Position numbers and translations under genes: made by a program. Positions 39,303-47,782 of a DNA stretch of 64,000 bases are shown in pieces. This DNA comes from Gemmatimonadaceae bacterium. GTDB lineage: Bacteria > Gemmatimonadota > Gemmatimonadetes > Gemmatimonadales > Gemmatimonadaceae. The notes under the pieces are model-generated. The model was not told the DNA's origin and ran no database searches. It was given only the letters and a program-made list of their open reading frames with translations. The stretch covers positions 5,552 to 69,551 of the forward strand of contig CANGXD010000005.1 in NCBI GenBank assembly GCA_947457545.1, given 5' to 3'. Every line of letters starts with the position of its first letter. Position 1 is the stretch's first letter.

Positions 39303-40337
39303 ATGACCACACTCGCCCGCATCTCCGTCGGCCGCCACAGCACCCACAGTGTCGCCGAAGCAAACAGCGGAGGGCGCTCCTCGTCCGCGCCACGTACACC
39401 GCGCCCCGCATTCTCATGGTCGTACTCGCGCGCCGCGTTGCTGGACCGCTGCGAACGCTTGTACTACGAACACTACTACGGGTCTCACGGCGGCGGGACG
39501 GCCGACGCGTCCCCCAGCACGCGGCTGGCGTTCAGACTCAAGCACCTCACTTCGCCGAACGCCGAACTGGGGCGCGCTGTCCACCGCCGGGCGTCGGAGA
39601 TCGCGATTGCCATTCGCGCTGGCGCTCCCCTGCCAACGGCGGCCGCACTCCATGCGAAGACCTACGGTGAACTCGAGTCGGTGATCATGCGCGGACCGAA
39701 CGACCCAGAATGGCTGTCCAGTCCAAGGCGTGCGCCATTGCTGCATGAGGTGTTCTACGGCGGCATGAGTTTCACCCGTCGGCGGACGTTGCTCGCCGAG
39801 ATGACTGCTCGCGCCACAGTGCTTCAGGCCGCGCTGCTCGCGTCGCCGGTGTGGCACGCAGCAAGCATCCCCGGCGCCGCGATCCTGTTCATCGACGAGC
39901 CTATTCTGGTCTCGATGAACGGCATATCGACCATCGCGACACCAGACCTTGTTCTGCGTCTTCCGAATGATCGAGTGATTGTTATCGACTGGAAGACGGG
40001 CGCCACTGGCGATCTCTCGCAGGTCATCCTGTACGCTCACGCGGTCCAGACGGCGCTCGGCCAGGGATTCGCGGCCATCCGCTGCGAGGCATGGTTGGTG
40101 CACCTCGACCGGGCGTCATTGGAGGCGGCGACGGTCACCTCGGCCAGGGTAGAGGCGGCCCTGGCAGCACAACGCGCGAGCGCTGCACGTATGTATGAGC
40201 TGCTCGACGATCCCGCGTACAACGTGCCCAGACCGCGGGCGGCGTTTCGGCAGGCGACCGATCCCAATCAGGCGTGCCGGCGATGCAAGATGCTCGCGTT
40301 GTGTTCACGGGAATTGGTGAGCGCCGAGGCCGCGTAG
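39303..40337 (+). CDS. PD-(D/E)XK nuclease, Cas4/AddB-like with 4-Cys Fe-S signature
   Basis: N-terminal SWSYS...DRCERLYY, G..VH, PDLV...VIDWKTG, Q...YA and C-terminal CRRCKMLALC. Confidence 0.85.
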   Translation: MTTLARISVGRHSTHSVAEANSGGRSSSAPRTPRPAFSWSYSRAALLDRCERLYYEHYYGSHGGGTADASPSTRLAFRLKHLTSPNAELGRAVHRRASEIAIAIRAGAPLPTAAALHAKTYGELESVIMRGPNDPEWLSSPRRAPLLHEVFYGGMSFTRRRTLLAEMTARATVLQAALLASPVWHAASIPGAAILFIDEPILVSMNGISTIATPDLVLRLPNDRVIVIDWKTGATGDLSQVILYAHAVQTALGQGFAAIRCEAWLVHLDRASLEAATVTSARVEAALAAQRASAARMYELLDDPAYNVPRPRAAFRQATDPNQACRRCKMLALCSRELVSAEAA

Positions 40338-40484
40338 TCGGGCCCCGGCCGTTTGCACCGACAAGACGTTACGGTTGCAGGTGCGCCCCTGCGGCCGGGA
40401 GGTATCATCTCATGACGGGCGCCGCGGCCTCGTGGCGCCCATCGTCGGTCACTGATCACCGTGAGGACCCCGAGGGCCCCGAGC

Positions 40485-41720
40485 ATGGCAAGAGAGTCGA
40501 TCACCCTCACCCGGGAAGAGCTGTACGAGCGCGTTTGGACGGAGCCGATGGCCGTTTTGGCGCCGAAGCTCGGCCTCTCCGATGTGGGGCTCAAGAAGAC
40601 CTGCGCCCGACTGAAGATTCCCAGCCCGCCACGTGGGTACTGGGCGAGGCTGGCGGCGGGGCAGAAGATCCGGCGCACACCACTCCCGAAGTTGCCCGAG
40701 AAGGGAGCGACGGGCATCCGTGATGCGACCTTCTACCCACGCGACAAGGAGTCCGCGGCACCCGCGCCGCTCACCGGCCCGGTCGCCGACCAGGCCCGTT
40801 TCGAGGCACTCCCAGTGAATGCGCTGGCCGTACCGGAGGTCATCGAGGCCCCCTCCCCCCTCGTGGCGCGCACGGTGGTGGCCATGCGCAAGGCGAAGCC
40901 GGACGAGACCGGACGTCTTCGCGCGCGTGCTCAGCAGATCCTTGATGTCGACGTGACACTCGGCACCGCCGACCGCGCCATGCGGATCCTCGACACACTG
41001 ATCAAGGGCCTCGCCGCGCGGGGCTATCCGGTATCACTGATCACCCCCAAACCAGAACCGCAGCGATACGGCGCGACACCGGAAGCAGGTCCTCCCCGCA
41101 CCACGGTGCGCATTGGAGAGGATGATATTGCGATTCGTTTGTCCGAGGTCATCGCGCGCACACAGCGCCCACCTGCTCGCAGCGATGGTGGATGGGAACC
41201 GAAGCGATACGACTACGAGGCGACGGGTCGACTGGTATTCGAGATTCTCGAGATTGGGGTCGGCACTCGGTGCAAGTGGGCCGACGGCGCGCGTCAACGC
41301 ATGGAATCGATGCTCAACGACATCGTCGTCGGTCTGGTGGAGACAGCGGAAGCGCTGCGCCGTCGGCGCGAGGCATGGGCAGAAGCCGCGCGTCAGCGGG
41401 CCATCGAGGATGAGAAACGTCGGGCGCGCGAGCGTGAGGAGCACCTCGAGCAGGAGCGCGTGCGTGCCCTCGATGGCATCATGCGTAGGTGGCGGAAGGC
41501 GAAGGCCGTGCGGGAGTACGTCGCGGCCGCGCGTGCCACGGCGGTCGAACGCGGTCACGCGGAGCATGCAGAACTGAACGCATGGTTCGCGTGGGCTGAC
41601 GGTTACGCTGACCGGATCGATCCCATGGGCAGCCGCGGCGTGGCATACCACTCGGACGATCATGACCGCCCACACTACGCCTGGGGGCGACCGGCCGAAG
41701 ACAATAGCCCGATCTGGTGA
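40485..41720 (+). CDS. Conserved mobile-element protein with N-terminal HTH
   Basis: LTREELYERVW..PM..LA..LGLSDVGLKKTC..LKIPSPPRGYW motif and C-terminal W..WA..YADRIDP. Confidence 0.75.
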   Translation: MARESITLTREELYERVWTEPMAVLAPKLGLSDVGLKKTCARLKIPSPPRGYWARLAAGQKIRRTPLPKLPEKGATGIRDATFYPRDKESAAPAPLTGPVADQARFEALPVNALAVPEVIEAPSPLVARTVVAMRKAKPDETGRLRARAQQILDVDVTLGTADRAMRILDTLIKGLAARGYPVSLITPKPEPQRYGATPEAGPPRTTVRIGEDDIAIRLSEVIARTQRPPARSDGGWEPKRYDYEATGRLVFEILEIGVGTRCKWADGARQRMESMLNDIVVGLVETAEALRRRREAWAEAARQRAIEDEKRRAREREEHLEQERVRALDGIMRRWRKAKAVREYVAAARATAVERGHAEHAELNAWFAWADGYADRIDPMGSRGVAYHSDDHDRPHYAWGRPAEDNSPIW

Positions 41721-41730
41721 GCGCTCTCAC

Positions 41731-42279
41731 ATGACCACACCACTCACGAACGCGCTCAAGCGCGAGATCTACGTTGCCGACGTCGCCTATCGGGTGACGA
41801 TGACGGCCGAGGGAATCACGCTGGTCCGGAAGGGCGCGCGAAAGGCGATCACGCACAGCTGGGAGGATCTGCTCGCATCGCCGCAGCCGTTGCCCGATCC
41901 TGCAGCGGTGCCGGAGGCAACCAAGCGGACGTCCAGGGCGGTGCTCACCGAGGTCGCCACCGCCGTGCGCGCCGCCGCGGCCGCCATCGGCAACGTCGAC
42001 GAGGCGCTCACCCAAGCCGGCGCCCTACCTGAGCGACTCACCACGGCGCTGGGCGGCGACCCCTTACACGGTACCGCTCGACAGGCGGACCATTGGTTCA
42101 TCGAACCCTTGCTCACGATCACCGAGGTGGCGGCGATCCTGCGCGTCTCCACGCGTGTGGTGCGCCGTCTGCCGATTGGCACCGTGCCAATTGGCGGTGA
42201 GGTGCGTTACCTCCAATCGGCCATCCGGGAGTACCTGAAGTCGACTGCGCTTCCAGCAACATCGCGGCGGTGGCGATGA
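41731..42279 (+). CDS. Protein with C-terminal excisionase-like HTH
   Basis: PLLTITEVAAILRVSTRVVRRL...IGGEVRY..SAIREYL. Confidence 0.7.
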   Translation: MTTPLTNALKREIYVADVAYRVTMTAEGITLVRKGARKAITHSWEDLLASPQPLPDPAAVPEATKRTSRAVLTEVATAVRAAAAAIGNVDEALTQAGALPERLTTALGGDPLHGTARQADHWFIEPLLTITEVAAILRVSTRVVRRLPIGTVPIGGEVRYLQSAIREYLKSTALPATSRRWR

Positions 42280-42367
42280 CCCACTGACCCGCCTTCAACC
42301 ACTATGTTCAACCCAATCGATGCTGAGAGCTTCGCTCTTCCGCCGTGGCCGATCCGCATGAACCGAT

Positions 42368-43177
42368 TCATTCGGACCCTCCTGCGGCCCTCGCAAGTCT
42401 ATCGAACGCCCCCTCGTCACGCTCCTCGCCACGCGTGGCCCCCATCCCTTCAAACTGCTTGACGAGAACCTCGTCGGCGAGCCTCGCAAGGGCGAACGCT
42501 AGGATCATGACCAAGTTCAGGCACTCGAAATAGCGGCGGAGATCATCACCCATCGATCCCGGCGGCACTCTGAGTGCATGCGTGTACGGATAGCGCGCCT
42601 GTAGCGCAGTTACCTGAGCGGCATCCGGAACCTCGGCTTCTGGGATATTCAGAAGGACATCGATCTCGGGAACAACGTAAAAGGCTCCTGAGCTAGGCTT
42701 CTCATCCCACTGGATAACGATTGCAGGATCAGGCACGGGGTCGCGCAGTGCCGCTTTGATGTGCTTTGCGACGTAGTGAAATGCCAGTTTATTGCGGAGA
42801 CGTTTGAGATAGCCGTTTCGCAGCTGAGCGGTGATTGGCTCATCGGCCAGTGCAAGCAATGGCGGAACATTTGGCTCGTCGCGAAGGGCTTCGCGCAGTT
42901 CGCGGTCATGCAGGACGTGCAACATCTCCTCCACCGCGGCGGCGAGTAGGATGCCGCCCGAATAGCGAGCGCGCATTGCCTCCACGGAGTCTTCGTCTCG
43001 GCCATTTGAGGCATGATCCAGAATGAACCGAATCGTATTCACGGCGCGTCCGAGGCGAAGCGCATGGATAAAGGCCGCGGATGATCTCCCAGCAGCGAGT
43101 TCGTGCTTACGTGCAAGTATCGTGACTTTCAAACGCAGCTCCGTTCTGAGACCCAGAAGGTGCTTATCCAGCAGCAC
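42368..43177 (-). CDS. Putative HEPN-domain protein
   Basis: Largely helical, with R-x5-H motif LRNKLAFH and an upstream acidic helix AAAVEEMLH. Lower GC by eye. Confidence 0.55.
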   Translation of the reverse strand: MLLDKHLLGLRTELRLKVTILARKHELAAGRSSAAFIHALRLGRAVNTIRFILDHASNGRDEDSVEAMRARYSGGILLAAAVEEMLHVLHDRELREALRDEPNVPPLLALADEPITAQLRNGYLKRLRNKLAFHYVAKHIKAALRDPVPDPAIVIQWDEKPSSGAFYVVPEIDVLLNIPEAEVPDAAQVTALQARYPYTHALRVPPGSMGDDLRRYFECLNLVMILAFALARLADEVLVKQFEGMGATRGEERDEGAFDRLARAAGGSE

Positions 43178-43333
43178 AGCGAGATCTGGCGCACATCACA
43201 CGTCGCTGCATGGAGGGCGCCGAACACAACGTCCCATTGACCGCGATCTTCGGTGAAGACCCGGCGGGCAGATTCCGATCCACCACTTAGAGTGTGATGA
43301 CGTGCCGAGACGATCCTGAAACGCCAACCGCAC

Positions 43334-46069
43334 TCAGACCGACACAGTGTACGCACTCGCTAGCCCCTGCAAAGACGCCGATGAGACGATCTTTGTATGC
43401 GGAATCAAGAGATACGCCCACGGCTTCCCGCCGTGCTCCGCCGCATGTGCGGTCGCGTGCTTACACCACGTTGCGGCCGCCCGTGCCTTTGCTTGGACCA
43501 CAGGGTCGTTCATCTCCGACTCACGCTTTGGCTCGCAGAGATACTTCATCGTCGAAGTCTCCACGATAAAGTCCGGCTCGTAACTGTGGTCCGCCGAGTA
43601 ATAGATGTTGAGTTGTCCCTTCCCCGGCTTGAACCATTTGAGATTCTCGGCTTCATCCTCCAGCAGAATCGCGAAGCGTCGCTCGGTATCGGAATCAAAC
43701 CGCTGCTCGGGGTACAGGCATCGCGCGAAGCCAGTGAACCGAACGCCACGAATGTACTGAGGATCGTCGACCGGCTGACGGAACGGTCGGGCTCCCTCAC
43801 CGGCGGTCGCACTGCCGCCAATTGGCCGAAGCGACGTAAAGCCCCGGCTCACCCTTGCCTCATACCCCGTAGCCGCTTCCCATCGATGCGCATCCATCTG
43901 CGCGCGGATGGATTGCGCCAGTTGCTTCTTGTGATGCCGCAACACGTTCTCAACGGCGTCCTCGTCAGGCAGATATGACCGAAGGTGCGCAATCATCTGC
44001 CCTGCGAGCTTGTAGAGCAAATCGGCGTTGTCGTCGTACGAGATATCGGGATAATCGATCAGCACGCCTACGAGGTGATTCTCGGGGCGCTCCTCCATGA
44101 TGGCTTGCCCAGTCGGAACAAGTCGGTCACGGCTATTGTCGACGAGCCCGTGTACAAGAATGGCGTCCGCCACAGGCTGTAGGCGCGCGGCGGTGGGCAA
44201 CAAATCAAAATCGTTGAACCCACTCGTGACCTCCCCGGTCGGCACCACGACAATGCGCGGAACGTCGATGGTCTGCTCGACGTACAGCTCGACAGCCTTG
44301 GCAACCACAGCGGCCACCTGAGCGGCGCTTGGTGATTCCGTCACGCCCTCTATCTCCGACTGCACCGGCGCAATCGCCGCGCTGACCGCCTTCACCAGCT
44401 CGGCGCGCACTTCCGGCTTACGAAGATCACGCGACTGAGGGAGATACTGGAACTGTTTCACCGCTTCTAGTGTCGCCCGCGCCACTAGCTGCTCCGAGGG
44501 CGTCTCGAAGACCACTGCCGGTTGCCCGGTACCGCCCACACCGTAGGCGGCGGTGCGGCCGCCCTCTCCGCTCGTCGCCGAGGGTGTCGAGTGATGACCG
44601 CCAAGCTGTAGCTCCACATGCGACGGGATCACGACCGTCGCCTGGGGCCGGTCTGAAACATCGCGACCGATGATTACCGTCTCCATGCGAATTGACGACT
44701 CAGGACGATTCGCCTCGTCGACAATCTCCTGGAATTTGTCATGGGCCACGATGGTAAGCCGGTCGACAGCCTTGACTCCCGTACGCCGGCCGTAAGGCAG
44801 ACGGAGTCCACGACCTATCGATTGCTCCACCAGTGTCCGAGCATTCGCAGCACGAAGGGGGACGATGGTATACAAATTGGTGACGTCCCACCCTTCCTTG
44901 AGCATGTTGACGTGGACGACGATCTCCGTAGACTCGTCCGGATTCTCCACTGCGAGCAGGCGGGCAACAGTCTCGTCTTTCTCCTCGGCGCCCTGCTTTG
45001 AGTGCACCGTGATCACGCGTCCCTTGTACCGTCCCTCGAAGAAGTCGTCACGCTCAATCATCGCCTGCAATGCGCCCGCGTGTTCGGTGTCGCGCGCAAT
45101 TACTAGCATGAAGGGCTTCACGCGCTTCGCGTCGTTCTCAAGGGCAAACGTTTCCAGCTCTACCTTTGCACTCTCGTGTACACGAACTCCGTCCTCGAGT
45201 TTGATGCGCTCGAGCTCTTCAGGGGAGTAGCTGGCAGGATTGAAATTCTCGCGTGTTGCGACCGCCGGCTGTTTTACGAAGCCGTCAGTGAGCGCGCGCG
45301 ACAATGGATAGTCGTAAACTATGTTCTGGAATCGCTGTACCGTGCCGGATGTGGTCTCCACGTGCGGCGTGGCGGTGAGTTCGAGTCCAAGCACTGGCCT
45401 GAGCTCGTTGATCGCCTTCACACCCGCACTCGCCCGGTAGCGGTGGCTCTCATCCATGATGAGCACGAGGTCCTTCAAGCCCGCGAGATACTCGAAGTAG
45501 CTCTCGCCGATGTACTCTGACAATCGCTTGATGCGTGGCGCGTTCCCGCCGCGCACTTCGCTGTTGATCTTCGAGATATTGAAGATATTGATGTGGACGT
45601 CGCGCTCTCCGAAGAGATCGGCGCGGTCGCCTCGCACGCCTCGTCCGCTCTCGTAGTTATCCCCGGTGATGATCTCGGGAGGGTTCTGCGCGAACTCGGC
45701 GATTCCCTGCAGCACGTACTTCGGATTTCCTGGCGTGAAGTCGGCGATCAGCTTGTTGTAAATCGTGAGGTTTGGCGCAAGAACGAAGAAATGACGGATG
45801 CCGTGCGCAAGGTACAGGTAGGCAACAAAGGCACCCATGAGGCGCGTCTTGCCGACTCCAGTCGCAAGCGCGAAGCAGAGCGAGGGGAAGTCCCTCTCGA
45901 AGTTGGTGACGCCGGGGTACTCGGACTGGATAGTCGCGAGCGCCTGTTGGATGTCACGCTCCTTCGTAAGGGGCACGGTCTCGGCCACCCGCGCCAAGAT
46001 CTCAAGCGATGTGCGTTGGGGCGCGCGGAGGCTAAGTCGGCCGCTCACGGCGTTCACGTGACGGTTCAT
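43334..46069 (-). CDS. res: Type III restriction enzyme Res subunit
   Basis: ALATGVGKT (Walker A), MDESHRY, ELTATP, LKEGWDV, EQSIGRGLR, C-terminal YEPDFIVE...CEPK nuclease motif. TGATG coupling to mod. Confidence 0.93.
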   Translation of the reverse strand: MNRHVNAVSGRLSLRAPQRTSLEILARVAETVPLTKERDIQQALATIQSEYPGVTNFERDFPSLCFALATGVGKTRLMGAFVAYLYLAHGIRHFFVLAPNLTIYNKLIADFTPGNPKYVLQGIAEFAQNPPEIITGDNYESGRGVRGDRADLFGERDVHINIFNISKINSEVRGGNAPRIKRLSEYIGESYFEYLAGLKDLVLIMDESHRYRASAGVKAINELRPVLGLELTATPHVETTSGTVQRFQNIVYDYPLSRALTDGFVKQPAVATRENFNPASYSPEELERIKLEDGVRVHESAKVELETFALENDAKRVKPFMLVIARDTEHAGALQAMIERDDFFEGRYKGRVITVHSKQGAEEKDETVARLLAVENPDESTEIVVHVNMLKEGWDVTNLYTIVPLRAANARTLVEQSIGRGLRLPYGRRTGVKAVDRLTIVAHDKFQEIVDEANRPESSIRMETVIIGRDVSDRPQATVVIPSHVELQLGGHHSTPSATSGEGGRTAAYGVGGTGQPAVVFETPSEQLVARATLEAVKQFQYLPQSRDLRKPEVRAELVKAVSAAIAPVQSEIEGVTESPSAAQVAAVVAKAVELYVEQTIDVPRIVVVPTGEVTSGFNDFDLLPTAARLQPVADAILVHGLVDNSRDRLVPTGQAIMEERPENHLVGVLIDYPDISYDDNADLLYKLAGQMIAHLRSYLPDEDAVENVLRHHKKQLAQSIRAQMDAHRWEAATGYEARVSRGFTSLRPIGGSATAGEGARPFRQPVDDPQYIRGVRFTGFARCLYPEQRFDSDTERRFAILLEDEAENLKWFKPGKGQLNIYYSADHSYEPDFIVETSTMKYLCEPKRESEMNDPVVQAKARAAATWCKHATAHAAEHGGKPWAYLLIPHTKIVSSASLQGLASAYTVSV

Positions 46070-47769
46070 CACTCAATCCCCTCGAACAGTTCTGGCCCCT
46101 GGGCGGCAGCCTTCTGCCCGCGCTTCTTTGTGGTGGCACGGACGGTCACCGATCCGGCCTCTCCTTCGGGGGCGCCAACAATCGGCCCCGGTAGTTGTGA
46201 CACGGAAAGGCTGTAATCATCTCGTCCCCACTCGCAGCGATGGAGTACGGCATGGGGGATCTTCTTTATGGTCAGGTTTGGAAATTCGTCGGCGGCGGCC
46301 CGGTATGCAGCGCAACAAACGAGAAGTGACCGGTCCGGCCCGACCTCTTCGCAAAGCTGCGCGAGCTGCTGTCGACTCAATGCCTGTGTTGTAACGTAGA
46401 TGAAGTCTCGCTCTGTTGATTGACCCTGCTGCCAGTACACGGTCTCGCTAGGTGCGTAAACGAATCCCTCATGCTTGCAAACCGCCTCTGCGAGCATGGC
46501 AGGATTGTATTCTCGGCTCACAACCCAGTTGCCGTATCGATCCTTCTCGAGGAGCGATGGGGCAACACGGAAATAGCGGAAGCCGCCACCGCCTATCCAG
46601 TTCGCATCTGTAGTGACGCCGCCTCGATCCTCGCCATCGATGACCTTCCGGAGTCGAGGTATGATATGCGTCTGCGTGTGCTTACCGAGCTCGACCATGA
46701 TCCAACGCCGATTCATCTTGTGCGCTACCGCACCTGTAGTGCCGGATCCGGCGAAGGAATCAAGGACCAGTTCACCTGGGTTCGTGGCTATGTGAATGAT
46801 CCTTTGCAGTAGTCCCTCCGGCTTTGGGTTATCAAAAACACTCGACTCCGGCAGCAAATCGAGTAGGTGCTTCTTTGCGCTATCGTTCGTCCCGACGTCC
46901 GTCGCGGGCCAGATCGTCTCCGGCGTCAAACCTCGATCTTCAGAATCGCGCAAGAACTTCTTTACACGTGGGGCGTTGTCGCCATTGGCTCCAAACCAGA
47001 TATTTCCGGAGGCAATCTGCTCCCTCATCCGCGGCTCTGTATAAAGCCAGCAACGCCCCTTGGGCGGCTCGATCACTCTACCGGAAGGAAGACGAAGCGA
47101 GTAAAACTGACTCGCCGTTCCATGGCCTGCTTGCGCGTTGGCTGATACCGACTGCCAGACCCCGCGAGGATCGTTATCGGGGTTCTTGTACCTAGCGAGA
47201 ACATCGCTGGTCAGTCCGATTGGGTTCCGAATTGCCTCAAATGCGGCCTTTTGCTTTGCAAACACCAGCACATAGTCGTGATTAAACGAGAATGCGCGTC
47301 GGTTTTCGCGTGATGTCCGCTTCTCCCAGATAATAGTTGCCACGAAGTTCGCACGGCCGAAGACTTCGTCGCAAAGAATCTTTAGGTAATGTGCCTCATT
47401 ATCGTCAATGCTAATCCAGATCGATCCGTCCTCTGCCATCAGTCGGCGAAGCAACTCTAGTCGGTCTCGAATCAGACCCAGCCACAGCGAATGCTCGACG
47501 CCGTCGTCATAGTGCTCAAACGCACTACCTGTGTTGTAAGGCGGGTCGATAACGACGCACTTGACCTTACTAGCGAACTCCTGTTCAAGCGCTTTGAGGG
47601 CAAGCAGGTTATCGCCGAAGATCAATCGATTGTCAAAGAGATCGTCTTCGCTAACGCGAGCGGCAGCGTGATACGAGAGTGCAGCATCCTCGAGGAGAAT
47701 GCGCGGCTCTAGCTGCGGGCGCTCGTCCTTACCGATCCAGGTAAGCTCCAACTTGGTCTTCTTCGTCAT
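46069..47769 (-). CDS. mod: Type III RM Mod DNA adenine methyltransferase (beta class)
   Basis: GDNLLAL, IDPPYNTG (motif IV) before LDSFAGSGTT (motif I), with a central variable target recognition domain. Confidence 0.93.
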   Translation of the reverse strand: MTKKTKLELTWIGKDERPQLEPRILLEDAALSYHAAARVSEDDLFDNRLIFGDNLLALKALEQEFASKVKCVVIDPPYNTGSAFEHYDDGVEHSLWLGLIRDRLELLRRLMAEDGSIWISIDDNEAHYLKILCDEVFGRANFVATIIWEKRTSRENRRAFSFNHDYVLVFAKQKAAFEAIRNPIGLTSDVLARYKNPDNDPRGVWQSVSANAQAGHGTASQFYSLRLPSGRVIEPPKGRCWLYTEPRMREQIASGNIWFGANGDNAPRVKKFLRDSEDRGLTPETIWPATDVGTNDSAKKHLLDLLPESSVFDNPKPEGLLQRIIHIATNPGELVLDSFAGSGTTGAVAHKMNRRWIMVELGKHTQTHIIPRLRKVIDGEDRGGVTTDANWIGGGGFRYFRVAPSLLEKDRYGNWVVSREYNPAMLAEAVCKHEGFVYAPSETVYWQQGQSTERDFIYVTTQALSRQQLAQLCEEVGPDRSLLVCCAAYRAAADEFPNLTIKKIPHAVLHRCEWGRDDYSLSVSQLPGPIVGAPEGEAGSVTVRATTKKRGQKAAAQGPELFEGIE

Positions 47770-47782
47770 CTATGAACCATCA

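Noticed and set aside
39303-40337. CRISPR-Cas adaptation locus
   Set aside because: No cas1/cas2 and no repeat-spacer array seen in the window; treated as a solo nuclease.
46069-47769. Phase-variable mod (phasevarion)
   Set aside because: No simple-sequence repeat tract seen in or upstream of the ORF.
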